Positions 27,130-39,683 of a DNA stretch of 64,000 nucleotides are shown piece by piece. Every line of letters starts with the position of its first letter. Positions within the stretch are counted from its first letter, which is position 1. A program made the position numbers and the translations under genes. The notes beneath the pieces were generated by a model. That model made no database searches. It worked only from the letters and a program-made list of their open reading frames with translations, and was not told the DNA's origin. The stretch is from Octopus sinensis (Eukaryota), in assembly GCF_006345805.1 (NCBI RefSeq), contig NC_042998.1, positions 164,424,001 through 164,488,000 on the forward strand, written 5' to 3'.

Positions 27130-27530
27130 TTTGTCCCCTACGGCGCAGAAACCTGGACAATGTACAAAGCAATGGAAAAGAAGATAAATAGATTTGAGAG
27201 GTGGATCATTCACAGAAAGGGCAGAATAAACCGGAAAGACAAGGTAACAAACGCTGCAGTGCTAAAAAAAAAAAAAGCTGAAGGTCCAAAGATTTAAATT
27301 CTTAAAGCTATGTTTTGGTTATAAACATCCGCAACATGCCCAAGATCATTCTGACAGGAAGTGTGACGGGGAAGAGACCAAGAGGTCGTCAAAGACATTT
27401 GTGGGCTGACGATGTCAAAGAATAGAATGGAAACAAGAGCTTGGCTGAATATATTCATGTAATTCCATACAGACTGAGGAAGCTGGGCAGTCTTGGTAAG
27501 CCACCCCCAGGAACATAGGCAGGACACCTG
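27130..27530 (+). mobile_element. RTE/RTEX-like LINE 3' fragment
   Basis: YGAETWTMYKAMEKKINRFERW..KDKVTNAAVL and IILTGSVTGKRPRGRQRHLWADDVKE. Confidence 0.8.
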
Positions 27531-27888
27531 ACTGATAGCTGAATAATGATTTCTGATTTTGGCAAAAGGTAAAAAAATTTGAGTAGTGCAGAAGATTCGT
27601 CGATGTCATCGATTCCAATACTTCCCTTCCTTTTATCGACATCGAATGGATGAAAAAAAATTTGACCTCTGTAGGGTTAGGGTTAGGGCAGAACACAGGA
27701 CGTAAAGAGCCGGAAGAAAAACCGCAAAATATCGCGCTTTAACGATTGAGCCAAGCCACTTCTCTTTGTTATATATTTATCCTCGTTTATCACTGATTCA
27801 TTCATCATTGATTCTGGATATCATGGTACACTCAATTGATGAAAATGTTAATGGTCAGAAATGGGCCGTCTATCGTTATATGCCTAGT

Positions 27889-28555
27889 CCAGTGGTTTTT
27901 AACCATTTTTTAACCTCTGAACCCCTTTCATTACTATTTTATTCTGGTGGACCCCCTCCCCAGCCATTCGATATTCAAAAATTCTTATTTTGTTTTTTTC
28001 ACACGTTCACTTGTGAGGCCACCATGCTGCGGTGCACATATGGTTGTGATGCAAGTGCCTGGTGCACCCTTATGAGACGGGTAGTCATGATGGACATTTA
28101 GGGTTCTTTGTATTTGTATTCCAGCGTCTAAGAGCACATGATTCACAGTACGGGTTATACTATTTATCCATTCCATCGCTTGTTATAAAGCATAAATTAC
28201 GAGATCACCTTTTGGGTAATTTTCCTGAGTCGCCAACTCAACCGTATGTGCCAATCGGTTGCAATGGAAATCCTTTACAGCCGCGTGGACTGGAATAAAG
28301 CGGACTGAAGTGTTGTGCTCAAGAACATTACGCACAGCTCGTCTGAGAATCGAAACCCCGGTATCGCGATCGTGAGTGCAGTGCCTTTACGACCAGGTCA
28401 TGAGCCTTTAACTTTATTTCTGGCAATGTATACGTCTAAAGCAATATTTCTTTCATGAATCCCCTAAAACAACACTACCGTAGGGCCCCAATCCTACTAT
28501 TTTGCTTGTGTGAACCCCAAAACATCTTATATGGCTCCCCAGGGATCCATATATG
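27889..28555. mobile_element. hAT MITE remnant with a nested SINE family C fragment (~28200-28405, minus)
   Basis: CAGTGGTTTTTAACC terminus and similarity to 5099-5430. The nested part reads GTGCTCAAGAACA..GAATCGAAACC. Confidence 0.5.
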
Positions 28556-29284
28556 ACGTCAAGGCTGACATGGGCTAAACAATAACGTCACAACTATGCG
28601 CCACCATTAACTTAAGACTAACCTACCTCTAACCCTTACTATCATCATGACCCCCAACCGACAACTTTGTCCCACCGTCTCGTTCGAAATGACGACAGCG
28701 ATCCTTACCACTACACCCACTCCCCGCTTAACCATTATCACCAAATACTACGGCCGCAGTTCCCACCACCACCCCACCACCACCACCACTACTACCACAA
28801 CCATCACAACAACAACACTAACAGTCACCATTACTTCACTCACCCTCCTCCATCACTGCTGCTACCACCACGACCTCCAGCATCAACAACATCGCAGCCA
28901 CAACTGCCTTTGCCACCACCGCCACTGGCGCCACCACCGCCACTGGCGCCACCACCGCAACGGCTACCACAGCTGCCGCTAGCACTGCCACCAACAGGAC
29001 GAATTCCGCCACCAACACCACCACAGCTACAACCACCACCACCACCACCATCGTCACGACCATCGCCACAACCGCCGTCACCATCACCAGCAACAACAGC
29101 AATAACATCACCACCACTACCAACACTACCACTCCCAATACCACTGCTACCAACACCGCCGCCACCACCACCACTACCGACACCTCCACCACCACCACTA
29201 CCGCCACCATTGCCAGCACCATCACCAACGACACCGCCACTACCGCCACCACACTACAACCACCACCACTACCACCACCACCGC

Positions 29285-31050
29285 CACCACCACTACCACC
29301 ACCATAACCCCCATCACTACCACCACCACTAACACCACTACCGCCACCACCACTACTGCCACCATAACCCCATCACTACCACCACCACCACCACCACCAC
29401 TAACACCACTACCGCCACCACCACTACTGCCACCATAACCCCATCACTACCACCACCACCACCACACCACTAACATCACTACCACATACCGCCACCACCA
29501 CTACTGCCACCTAACCCCATCACTACCACCACCACCACCACCATACAACACCACCCTACCACCGCCACCGCCACCACCACTACTGCCACCATACCCCCAT
29601 CACTACCACACCACACTACTAACACCACTACCCGCCACCCCACCACTACTGCCACCATAACCCCATCACTACCACCACCACCACTAACACCACTACCGCC
29701 ACCACCACTACTGCCACCATAACCTCCATCACAACCACCACCACCACTAACACCACTACCGCCACCACCACTACTGCCACCATAACCCCCATCACTACCA
29801 CCACCACCACTAACACCACTACCGCCACCACCACTACTACCACCATAACCCCCATCACTACCACCACCACCACTAACACCACTACCGCCACCACCACTAC
29901 TGCCACCATAACCCCATCACTACCACCACCACCACTAACACCACTACCGCCACCACCACTACTGCCACCATAACCTCCATCACAACCACCACCACCACTA
30001 ACACCACTACCGCCACCACCACTACTGCCACCATAACCCCCATCACTACCACCACCACCACTAACACCACTACCGCCACCACCACTACTGCCACCATAAC
30101 CCCCATCACTACCACCACCACCACTAACACCACTACCGCCACCACCACTACTGCCACCATAACCTCCATCAACTACACCACCACCACCACTAACACCACT
30201 CCCTACCCAACCACCACCACCACTACTGAACACTGCCACCATAACCCCCATCACTACCACCACCACCACTAACACCACTACCGCCACCACCACTACTGCC
30301 ACCATAAAACCTCATCACTACCACCACCACCACTACACACTACCACATACCACCGCCACCACCACTACTGCCACCATAAACCCCCCCCCACCCTCACTAC
30401 CACCACCCCACTACACCACTACCGCCACCACCACTACTGCCACCATAACCACCATCACTAAACACCACTAACACCACCACCACTAACACCACTAACCTAT
30501 ACCAAAAACACCCCAACCCACCACTACTGCCACCATAACCCCCATCACTACCACCACCACCACTACACCACTACCCCAAACACCTCCACCACCACTAACA
30601 CCACTAACCCTCCCCACCGCCACCACTCCAACTGCCCCCAAAAAACCACCACACACCACTACTGCCAACACCATAACCTCCATCACAACCACCACCACCA
30701 CTAACATCACTACCGCCACCACCACTACTTCCACCATAACCCCCATCACAACCACCACCACCACTAACACCACTACCGCCACCACCACTACTGCCACCAT
30801 AACCTCCATCACTACCACCACCACCACTAACACCACTACCGCCACCACCACTACTGCCACCATAACCCCCATCACTACCACCACCACCACTAACACCACT
30901 ACCACCACCACCACTACTGCCACCATAACCTCCATCACTCCACCACCACCACCACTAACACCACTACCGCCACCACCCTACTACTGCCACCATAACCCCC
31001 ATCACTACACCACCCCCACTAACACCACTACCGCCACCACCATAACCTCC
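29285..31050. repeat. 63-bp minisatellite derived from (ACC)n
   Basis: Unit CCACTACTGCCACCATAACCCCCATCACTACCACCACCACCACTAACACCACTACCGCCACCA; roughly 25-28 copies with indels. Confidence 0.9.
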
Positions 31051-31897
31051 ATCCACCCACACTTCACCACTAACCAACCGCCATCAACCACTACCGCCAC
31101 AACCATTACCACAACCGCCACCATTACCAACACCACCACCGCCACCACCACCAGCAATAAAATTGCTGCGTCAGAATTGTTACAAGCATTCCTCCTCCAC
31201 TAATAAATAAATAAATGAATAAAGAAACGAGAAACAAAATAACAAAAATGCAACAAACAAAACATCCCATATAAAACAATGTAAAGTAATAAAGTATAAA
31301 AACAATCACCATGGCAACCGTCAACATAATCTCTTGAAAATGTACTAAACTAGACAACATCCAGTACGAGCGGATTAACACCATCATCACTACTAACACA
31401 TATTACTATGGTTGTGGTGGTGGTGGTGGTGGTAGTGGTGGTGGTGGTGGTGGTGGTGGTGGTGGTTGCGGTGGTGGTGGTGGTGGTGGTGGTGGTTGCG
31501 GTGGTGGTTGCGGTGGTGGTTGTGGTTATGGGGATGGCGAGGCGGAGGAAGACGAAGACGACGGCGAGGTAGAGGTGGAGGAGGAGCAGGAGAGTGAGAA
31601 TGATGGTGGTGATGGTGGTGATGGTAGTGGTGGTAGCAGTTGTTTTTGTTGTTGTTGTTGTGATTGTGGTGGTGGTGGTGGTGGTGGTGGTGGTGGCGGT
31701 GCAGCAGCTGGTTGTGGTGGTTGTGATAATGATGATGATGATGATATCACATAAACTCGCAACACCAGTATCATTACCAATATTAACGACGTCGTTATCA
31801 TCCTCCTCCTCATCATCATCATCATCATAATCATCATCATCATCATCATCATAATCATCGTCGTCGTCGTCGTCGTCGTCATCATCATCATCATCAT

Positions 31898-31933
<36 letters not shown>

Positions 31934-32956
31934 AATTATCATCATCATCATCATCATCGTCGTCGTCGTCGTCGTCGTCATCACCACCATCGTATTCGCG
32001 TTCGTCTTCGTTGTCGTCGTCATCATCACCATCGTCACCATCATCATCATTGTCGTTGTAAACGTCTTAATGGTCGCTGCAGTTGTTGTCTTCTTCATCA
32101 TTATCAGCATCATCAGCATCATCTTTATCGTAATTGTCGTCGTCGTCATCGTCGACACCATCGCAATCGTCATGACCGATGCCGTGTCATCATCGCCTTC
32201 AACATCATCGTTATCATCATTACCACTAATGTCGTCCTCCTTAACATGATACCACTACTATGCCGATCAGCCTCGTCACTACTACCTCTACAACCACCAC
32301 CGCACCCACCCCCATCAGCATTACCACCACTACCACCGCCACCATCACCACCACTACTGCCACTATCGCCACCATCGCCACCACTACCATCGCCTCCATC
32401 ACCACCACCTCCACCACCACAACCATCACTACCGTCACCGCCACAACTACTACTGGCACCATCACCACTGCCACCACTTCCACTACTACCATCACCACCA
32501 TCACACCACCTCCACCACCAATACCATCACTACCACCACCGGCTACCACTACAGCTAATATCACCACCACCGCCTCCGTCACCACCACTTCCACCACCAC
32601 CACCATCACACCACCACTTCTGCCACCGCCACCATCACTACCATCACCGCCACAACTACTACTGTCGCCACCACCACCACCACGACCACCACTAATAGTT
32701 GAGATAATTACACTCTCCTACCATGATTTGCTCTATTACCATTCCTACCATCAATCCTACTAGTACCATCGCAACAGCTCTACCTCCACTATCAGCACCT
32801 CACTACTACAGCTAATACAACTGCAGATGCTTTATAACCGCCACACTTCTACTTCCAGCACAGCAACATTTGTTACATCACCACCTTGACTATTTCTGCT
32901 GCCTCTAAAACTAATAGGAACCGCACCATTGAACATTTACTGCGATCAACAGTACC

Positions 32957-33161
32957 TATTTCTTTATTGCCCACAGGGGGCTAAACACAGAGGGGACAAA
33001 CAAGGACAGACATAGGTATTAAGTCGATTACACCGACCCCAGTGCGTAACTGGTACTTAATTTATCAACCCCGAAAGGATGAAAGGCAAAGTCGACCTCG
33101 GCGGAATTTGAACTCGGAACGTAGCGGCAGACGAAATACCGCTAAGCATTTCGCCCGGCGC
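32957..33161 (-). mobile_element. SINE family A, young 5'-truncated monomer
   Basis: Near-identical to the units at 1939-2341 and 40750-40985. CAGTACC occurs on both flanks. Confidence 0.9.
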
Positions 33162-33237
33162 CTCAGTACCACCATCATGTTCCTAACAGCGGCGCTACCT
33201 TGAGCGGGACATAACTTTGAAGCCTACAACCTCCACA

Positions 33238-33281
<44 letters not shown>

Positions 33282-33387
33282 CACCACCACCACCATCATA
33301 CTACTACAACAACTACTACTATTACTTACTACTAGCAGCACCGTCACTACTACTACTACTATTAATATTAATACTAAAGTTATAATA

Positions 33388-33935
33388 ATGGTTTCAAATT
33401 TTGGCACAATGCCAGCAATTTTTTTAAGGTATGTGAGTTAAGTCGGTGACGTGGACACCAGTACCTGACCGGCATTTTGTTTTATTGATCTCGAAGATAT
33501 GAACAGCAAAGTTAACCTCAGCGGTATTGTAGACTCAGAACGTAAAGAACCGGAATAAATGCCGCAAAGTGATTTGTCCGACGCGCTAACGATTTTCCCG
33601 GTGAATCGTCTCAGTAATAATGGTTTCAAATTTTGACACAAAGCCAACAATTTTAGGGGAGAGAAATCATCGATTACATAGACCCTAATGCTCGACTGGT
33701 GCTTATTTTATCGACTCCCGAAAGGATGAGAGACGAAGTCGACCACCATGGGATTTGAACTCAGGGCGTAAAGACGGACAATGCTTTATGTTCTGAGTTC
33801 AAATTCCGCTGAAGTTAACATTGCCTTTCATCCTTTTGGGGTCGATAAAGTAAGTACTAACCGAGCACTAGGGTCGAAGTAATCGACGTACCCTTTCCCT
33901 CTAAATTGCTGGCCTTGTGTCAAAAGTTGATATTT
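33388..33935. mobile_element. Cluster of diverged SINE family A copies (two minus, one plus)
   Basis: Tails GGTTTCAAATTTTG.CACAA with the family cores. The last copy is inverted relative to the others. Confidence 0.75.
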
Positions 33936-34022
33936 ATAACAAAATACATCACTTTTACCAAATATTATTCTATCTTGTTCAACCACCACTACTACAACTG
34001 CTGATACCAACAACAACGACAT

Positions 34023-34090
<68 letters not shown>

Positions 34091-34435
34091 ACTACTATGT
34101 GCGAAGTGTTACTGTAGTCAATATACAAGACTAATTGCTCTAAAATGAAAGCTGGGCAACATAAAAATCCAATACAAGATGAATCATTGAAAAAACATCA
34201 GCAGCAACAACAACAACAAAAATATAAAGAATAACAAGAATGGCAACAACAGTAACAAAAGCTACAATAACAACAACAACAATTAGAAATACAACAACGA
34301 TAATAATAATAAAAAGGCAAAAAACAACAATAACATTTATAAACGCAACTACAAGAACTGTGTAAAAATAAAAGCCAGCCTATTAAAAAAAATACTGAAA
34401 TACAATGAAATAGCTACGGAAGAAAATGTAAAATA

Positions 34436-34960
34436 TAGGCACAGACGTCGCTATGTGGTAAGAGGCTTGCTTCCCGACCACAGAGCTCCGAGTCCAGTCC
34501 CGTTGTGTGTGATTTTGGGCAACTACCTTCCACTATAACATCGAGCCGACCAAAGCCTTGTCAGTGGATTTAATAGACAGAAACTGAAAATCTGTTATGT
34601 GTGTGTGTGTGTCTGTGTTTGTCCTCCACAACTGCTTGTCGACCTACGTTGGTGTGTTTACGTCCCCGTAACCTAGTGGTTCGACAAAAGAATTCGAGAG
34701 AATAAGTACTAGGCTTCAAAAAGAAGTACTAGGTTCGATTCCTTCGACTAAAACTTCAAGATGGTGTCCCAGCAAATACGATAAAATACATGTAACAATT
34801 CGAAGATTATGTTAACAAAAAATTATTCTAAAATAATCATGGGAGTGTGAGATTACGTAGCTCGCTTTGTAACCATGTGTCTTACAACCATGGCTTCAGT
34901 TCCACTACGCGGCACCTTGGGCAAGTGTTTTCTACAATAGTAGATCATGGCCGACCAATA
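34436..34960 (+). mobile_element. CORE-type SINE family B plus a second head fragment
   Basis: GCTATGTGGTAAGAGGCTTGCTTCCC, CCGACCAAAGCCTTG and AGAATAAGTACTAGGC, with a second ACCTTGGGCAAGTG at ~34915. Confidence 0.8.
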
Positions 34961-35059
34961 TACATATATAACAATAAAAAATACATACATTAAATATAGG
35001 ACCTCATCAACGAGCGAAAAACACACAATGAGATATAAGTATGGGACAAAATACCAAAA

Positions 35060-37230
35060 GAAGTCTAACTCCTTCTCAGTTGTCGACTACTTATTACTAC
35101 TTGTTTCGTTCTTTTAAAGACAAGACAGGAAGATTTTATAAGACAGTAGCATCCGAAATTTTAAAAGTATAAAATTTGTGGTGAGTTAGGGCGTCGAACA
35201 AACGAACGACACCAGAGTGAACATGCGGAAGCAAACGATCGACGAAGATAGATGTTTAGGGCCATTAGGCCAAGGCAAATTGTAATGGGTAACGCTTGCG
35301 AGAAATTTTGAAAGACTATAGAATAAATAGAAAAGAAAAAAATAGAAGAGAAAAAAGATATCGAGAGGCGAGAGAAGTGACGTCCGGCTAGTAGACATCC
35401 CATGCAGAAAAGACATATATATATATATATATCTGGTTATGATCACTAATTTTAGCTTATAATTATAAGGGCATGGGAAAGAATTTATAGTATATGAGGG
35501 GTTACTATATAAATAAATTTTTATATATTTATTAATCTTATAAGATTTTTGAATATATTTAATAATTAGTGGCTTTTAATCATTTAAATCATTTAATTTA
35601 TTTTGTATTAAGTTTCATTTATCATAGTTATTTTATTAATAAATATTATAGTATAGAGAGATTTTATTCTTTATTTGTGACTTCATTCTATTTACAATGA
35701 TAAACAAATAATTTTCCCATTCACAATCATTAATAAAACGTAGGTTCCTCACGCGTAATGAATTCTTCAACAATTTATTCTTTTTTTGCTAATAACGTAA
35801 TTCCACGAATTTTCTTATAAACGCTGTATAGACGTTTTCCGATTCAAAATTTTAGTTCATTGCTAAACCTCGCTAAGATAAGTATGTATTTATTTAAGAT
35901 CTTCAAATTGTAAATTTTAATATTGTATAAGTCTTTGGAGTAATAATATTTTCCTTATGTAAATATCGTTGTTTATATAATGATCTTATTATCGTAATTT
36001 TCTATATTATTAGATATTAAATTTAAGTTTATTCGTAAGATACTTCCTAGCGATAGATTTGTTATTTGATAGCAAGCATACGAGGTGTATTAAGTTAGGC
36101 TTTTGTATATACATGTTTTAATAGTATTAATTGTAGTTTTAAATTTATAATTAAATTAGATAAACTTTGATAAACTTAGATATGTGTCGACTAAAGATTG
36201 GTCCAGGCCATGTCTAATTTAATAGCATAACTTAGTTATTTCTTTAAATTGATATTCGCTAGTATATGTGGTTGTCTGTGTACGTATATATGTGTATATG
36301 ATGATGTGTGTGTATATATATGTATATGTATATACATTTATTTATGTGTATGTGTGTGGGTGTGTATATATAGGTGTAAGTATATATATTGAGTATTGTA
36401 TGTACAAGTAATATGAGTGTGCATATGTGTATGTTTGTATGTGTGAGTATATATGTGTGTATATATGTATATGTATGTATGTGTGTATGTATGTGTATGT
36501 GTGTATGTATATGTATGTATATATATATATATGTATATATATGTATATATATATGTATATGTATGTATATTTCTTTTATATATTTATGTATACGTATGTA
36601 TAGTTATACTACAAATTTTTATAAGTATTTATAGATTTGGTAATGATCACTAATTTTAGCTTATAATTATAAGGGCATGGGAAAGATTTTATAGTATGTT
36701 GAGACATTTATTTATAGAGATTATTTTAGATCTTAATTATAATATTTATATACTTTTATATATTTTCATTGATAATTTATATATATTAGTCATTTTTAAA
36801 TATTTATGTACTTAGATATAGACTAATACCGATATTAAATTATGGGTGGTTTCCTACCTTATAAATTAAAATTAATATTTAGAATTATAGTCGATTTTGA
36901 TATAATCATAATTGTTAAGTTTTATGTTTCTAGTTTGATAATAGAGTTTATTATAAGTAAAATTATTATATTATTTATATCTTTAAAATATTGTTTAAAT
37001 ATTTCTGATTATATTTTAGATATTTCAATTACCTGAAGATTGACTGTAACCATAACTCGAATTATTACGAATTGGACAGCCATGAAACGATCGTAGTGTT
37101 TTACTCATTATCTTTTATTAAACTTTTGATATATATTTAAAGTAATATAAATTAATTAATTTTATGTATTGGCTGAAGTTTTTCATTGTTTGATTTGCCT
37201 AATAGTGGTTTTATCTCTAATTTAATATAA
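35060..37230. mobile_element. Very AT-rich decayed element, probably Penelope-like
   Basis: A ~55-bp direct repeat (GATCACTAATTTTAGCTTATAATTATAAGGGCATGGGAAAG) at ~35441 and ~36645, and a hammerhead motif at 37033. Its terminal ~55 bp (TTGATTTGCCTAATAGTGGTTTTATCTCTAATTTAATATA + (TA)n) is shared with 20670-20730. No convincing protein motif. Confidence 0.4.
37030..37098 (+). ncRNA. Minimal type I hammerhead ribozyme motif (Penelope-like-element type)
   Basis: TAC-CTGAAGA (37033-39), stem II TGACTGT...ACAGCCA, then GAAAC-GATC-GTA|GTG. Stem III is palindromic (ACGATCGT), the cleavage triplet is GUA, and stem I is only 3 bp. Confidence 0.6.
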
Positions 37231-37243
37231 TATATATATATAT

Positions 37244-37312
<69 letters not shown>

Positions 37313-37386
37313 AAGAGAGAGAGAGAGTGAGTGAGCGAGATAGAGATATATTGATATATTTCGGGAAGATATAACAATATATATAA

Positions 37387-37427
<41 letters not shown>

Positions 37428-37516
37428 CTATATCTTTTGAAACTATTATTTTAAAACAATTTATTGTGATATCATTATCATGTCACCTTCGATATATATA
37501 TATATATATATATATA

Positions 37517-37764
37517 TGCCAAATAAACACAGGCACTATATATTCGTTCTTCTCTTGTTTATCATTGTTCTTATTTATGTCCATCGTCTAGAAATCTTTC
37601 GTCACACACCTGTGACCTCTTCAGTACAGGAGGACACACGTGAGATACGGAAGAGTCGCTGAAGAGGTCACAGGTGTGTGACGAAAGACAATGGACATAA
37701 GATAAAATAAGAACAAGAATAATTGAGCGAATGACAAATATATTATGCGTGTGTTTGTTTGGCA
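37517..37764. repeat. Palindromic element with a hammerhead core on each arm
   Basis: Perfect 30-bp inverted repeat 37595-37624 / 37659-37688 = CTGAAGAGGTCACAGGTGTGTGACGAAAGA. The outer arms are diverged. Confidence 0.85.
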
Positions 37765-38199
37765 AAAAAAAAGTGACTATCACTAAATAGATTTCAACAC
37801 ACGATTTCACATCAGGAATCTTGCAAAACAAATTCATAAAAGTATATGATTATCTCCCTTTCTTTTTTTATAATCATTCGCCATGCTGGACCGCTGAACT
37901 TTACACGTTTTTTTGTTTTCTCATTCTCTCTCTTTATTTTCTATGATTCCGCTCTGTTGAAGAGCGTAGGCTTTTTCATTTTTCCTGAGCGTCAAACTAA
38001 CAAACTTGCTTGTTTTTCATACACTTGTCTTCGTCTTTCGTTTTTCTATAAATCTCAACTGTATATATATGTGTTTAAGTCACAATATAATGTATTCAAC
38101 TAATCCGGTGGTACTCATGAAAAAGATCCTTAATGTATAAAATTATAAGCAAACAGAGAAATATACTATGATACAATTTATTTTACCATTAGATATTCA

Positions 38200-38388
38200 T
38201 ACTTGACAACTGTTTCGTAGCTTAATAAACATGTATAAATAATTTATTTTATTATATTTTATAATAAATAATAAATTACTTACATGTCTGCATTAATGCA
38301 TATACAATTTTTAATAAGCGTGCTCGTCAGATTAAAAGAATTCTATGTTTAAAAGGATATCCCAACAGAATTCTTTTAATCGCACGAG
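38200..38388 (-). ncRNA. Hammerhead-like motif with long stem II, next to a central inverted repeat
   Basis: Minus strand CTGACGA (38324-30), GCTTATTAAA...TTTATTAAGC pairing, then GAAAC-AGTT-GTC (38205-16). ATTAAAAGAATTCT/AGAATTCTTTTAAT inverted repeat at 38331-38380. Confidence 0.5.
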
Positions 38389-38424
38389 TGTGTAGGTAGA
38401 TTACATATTATGCAGCAGGAGTTT

Positions 38425-38650
38425 AGCCGAAGCGTATGGTTTAGTGGTTAAGATGTTGAACTCATGATCATGAGGTTGTGGTTTCGATACCTGGACCGAA
38501 CGATGCGTTGCTCCAGTCCACTCAGCTGGCAAAAATGAGTAATCCTTCAACGAACCGGCATCCCGCCAAGTAGAGCATATATACCCCACAGAATCAGGAG
38601 TCTGGCCCTATTGAGTCTATAGGGCTCATGAAAGAGTTTTATCCTTTTTT
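38425..38650 (+). mobile_element. tRNA-derived SINE family C
   Basis: TGGTTTAGTGGTTAAG..GGTTTCGATACCTGGACC..GTTGCTCCAGTCCACTCAGCTGGCAAAA. Homologous to 63087-63345. Confidence 0.8.
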
Positions 38651-39683
38651 TTTATCCAATAGTAATTTATACAGGCTCTAGGGATCATCAATTGACCGAG
38701 TACACCGTACACCAAAATCCAGAGACGATGACAACAATAAAAACAGCAGGACTTTTGCTTAATATATAGGATACATCATGTGTGGAAAAAATCTGTGATG
38801 TTAATTACAGACCCGCTGTGTCAGGGTTGGGTTGAACGTAAACAATCACAAAAATAGTTTTAGAGTTACAACCACTCAAATTACTGCAGTGCATGTATTA
38901 AAGTGCATCTTAGAGAAACGAACTTTCTCTTGAAGCAGTGAAAAGAGTCTATATATAATCGCCTGACTTGCTAGAATTATCAACCAAATTTCCCTCAAAG
39001 CACATTGTATTGTCATGAAAAAAAGGGGTGGAAACATTGAACAGCTCTTGATGTTCTGTCTGAAGAAAGAAAAGAAAAATTCAAATATATAAAAGTAAAA
39101 AGACGATGTAACCTCAGTTGGGACATCTTTGATCGTAAGTCTGCTTGATCAAGGGTAACTGAAATTAAAAAGCTACGACTACTACTAAAACAACTACCAC
39201 TACTACAACTACTACTACTACTACTGATAGATCACACCACGGTGAAATATAATAAATACGCATTCAAAGCAAAATGATATTTGAATCAGTCAAAGCATCA
39301 CGCTACATTCCACTCTAATGCACTAAATAAGAAATATTTCGTTACGCTACACTACATGAAACTGTACTGCATTACACTACACTAAACATCGCACACACTC
39401 TAGTACAGTTTACTATAGAACACTAAAACCCATACCATACTAGTTCATCATGCAATGCACTCTTCTAATAAAAGAGAAAAAAAATGCTTCGCATTTATCA
39501 GCCAGCAAAGAGGTCTTTTGGCCAATTAGAAATAGTAGCCAATTTTTTTCTGAAATTACAAGGGGTTTCTTTTTTTTCTGTTCGAGCGTTTATATCTTCG
39601 TTTACACAAGGGCTGTTTGCTTTATTGATACTATCGAGTTCATCATTCTATCAGACATACCATGCCTTTGTTCCAAGAAATAA

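Larger units (their letters stand above)
28640..33375. repeat. Large triplet-repeat block (ACC/ACT/GGT/ATC/GTC)
   Basis: Direct inspection. The purine/pyrimidine strand bias switches at ~31400 and ~31760. Confidence 0.95.

Noticed and set aside
28647-32763. Pro-, Thr-, Val-, His- and Met-rich ORFs (extensin- or mucin-like)
   Set aside because: They come from triplet repeats that are open in several frames on both strands, with no gene structure.
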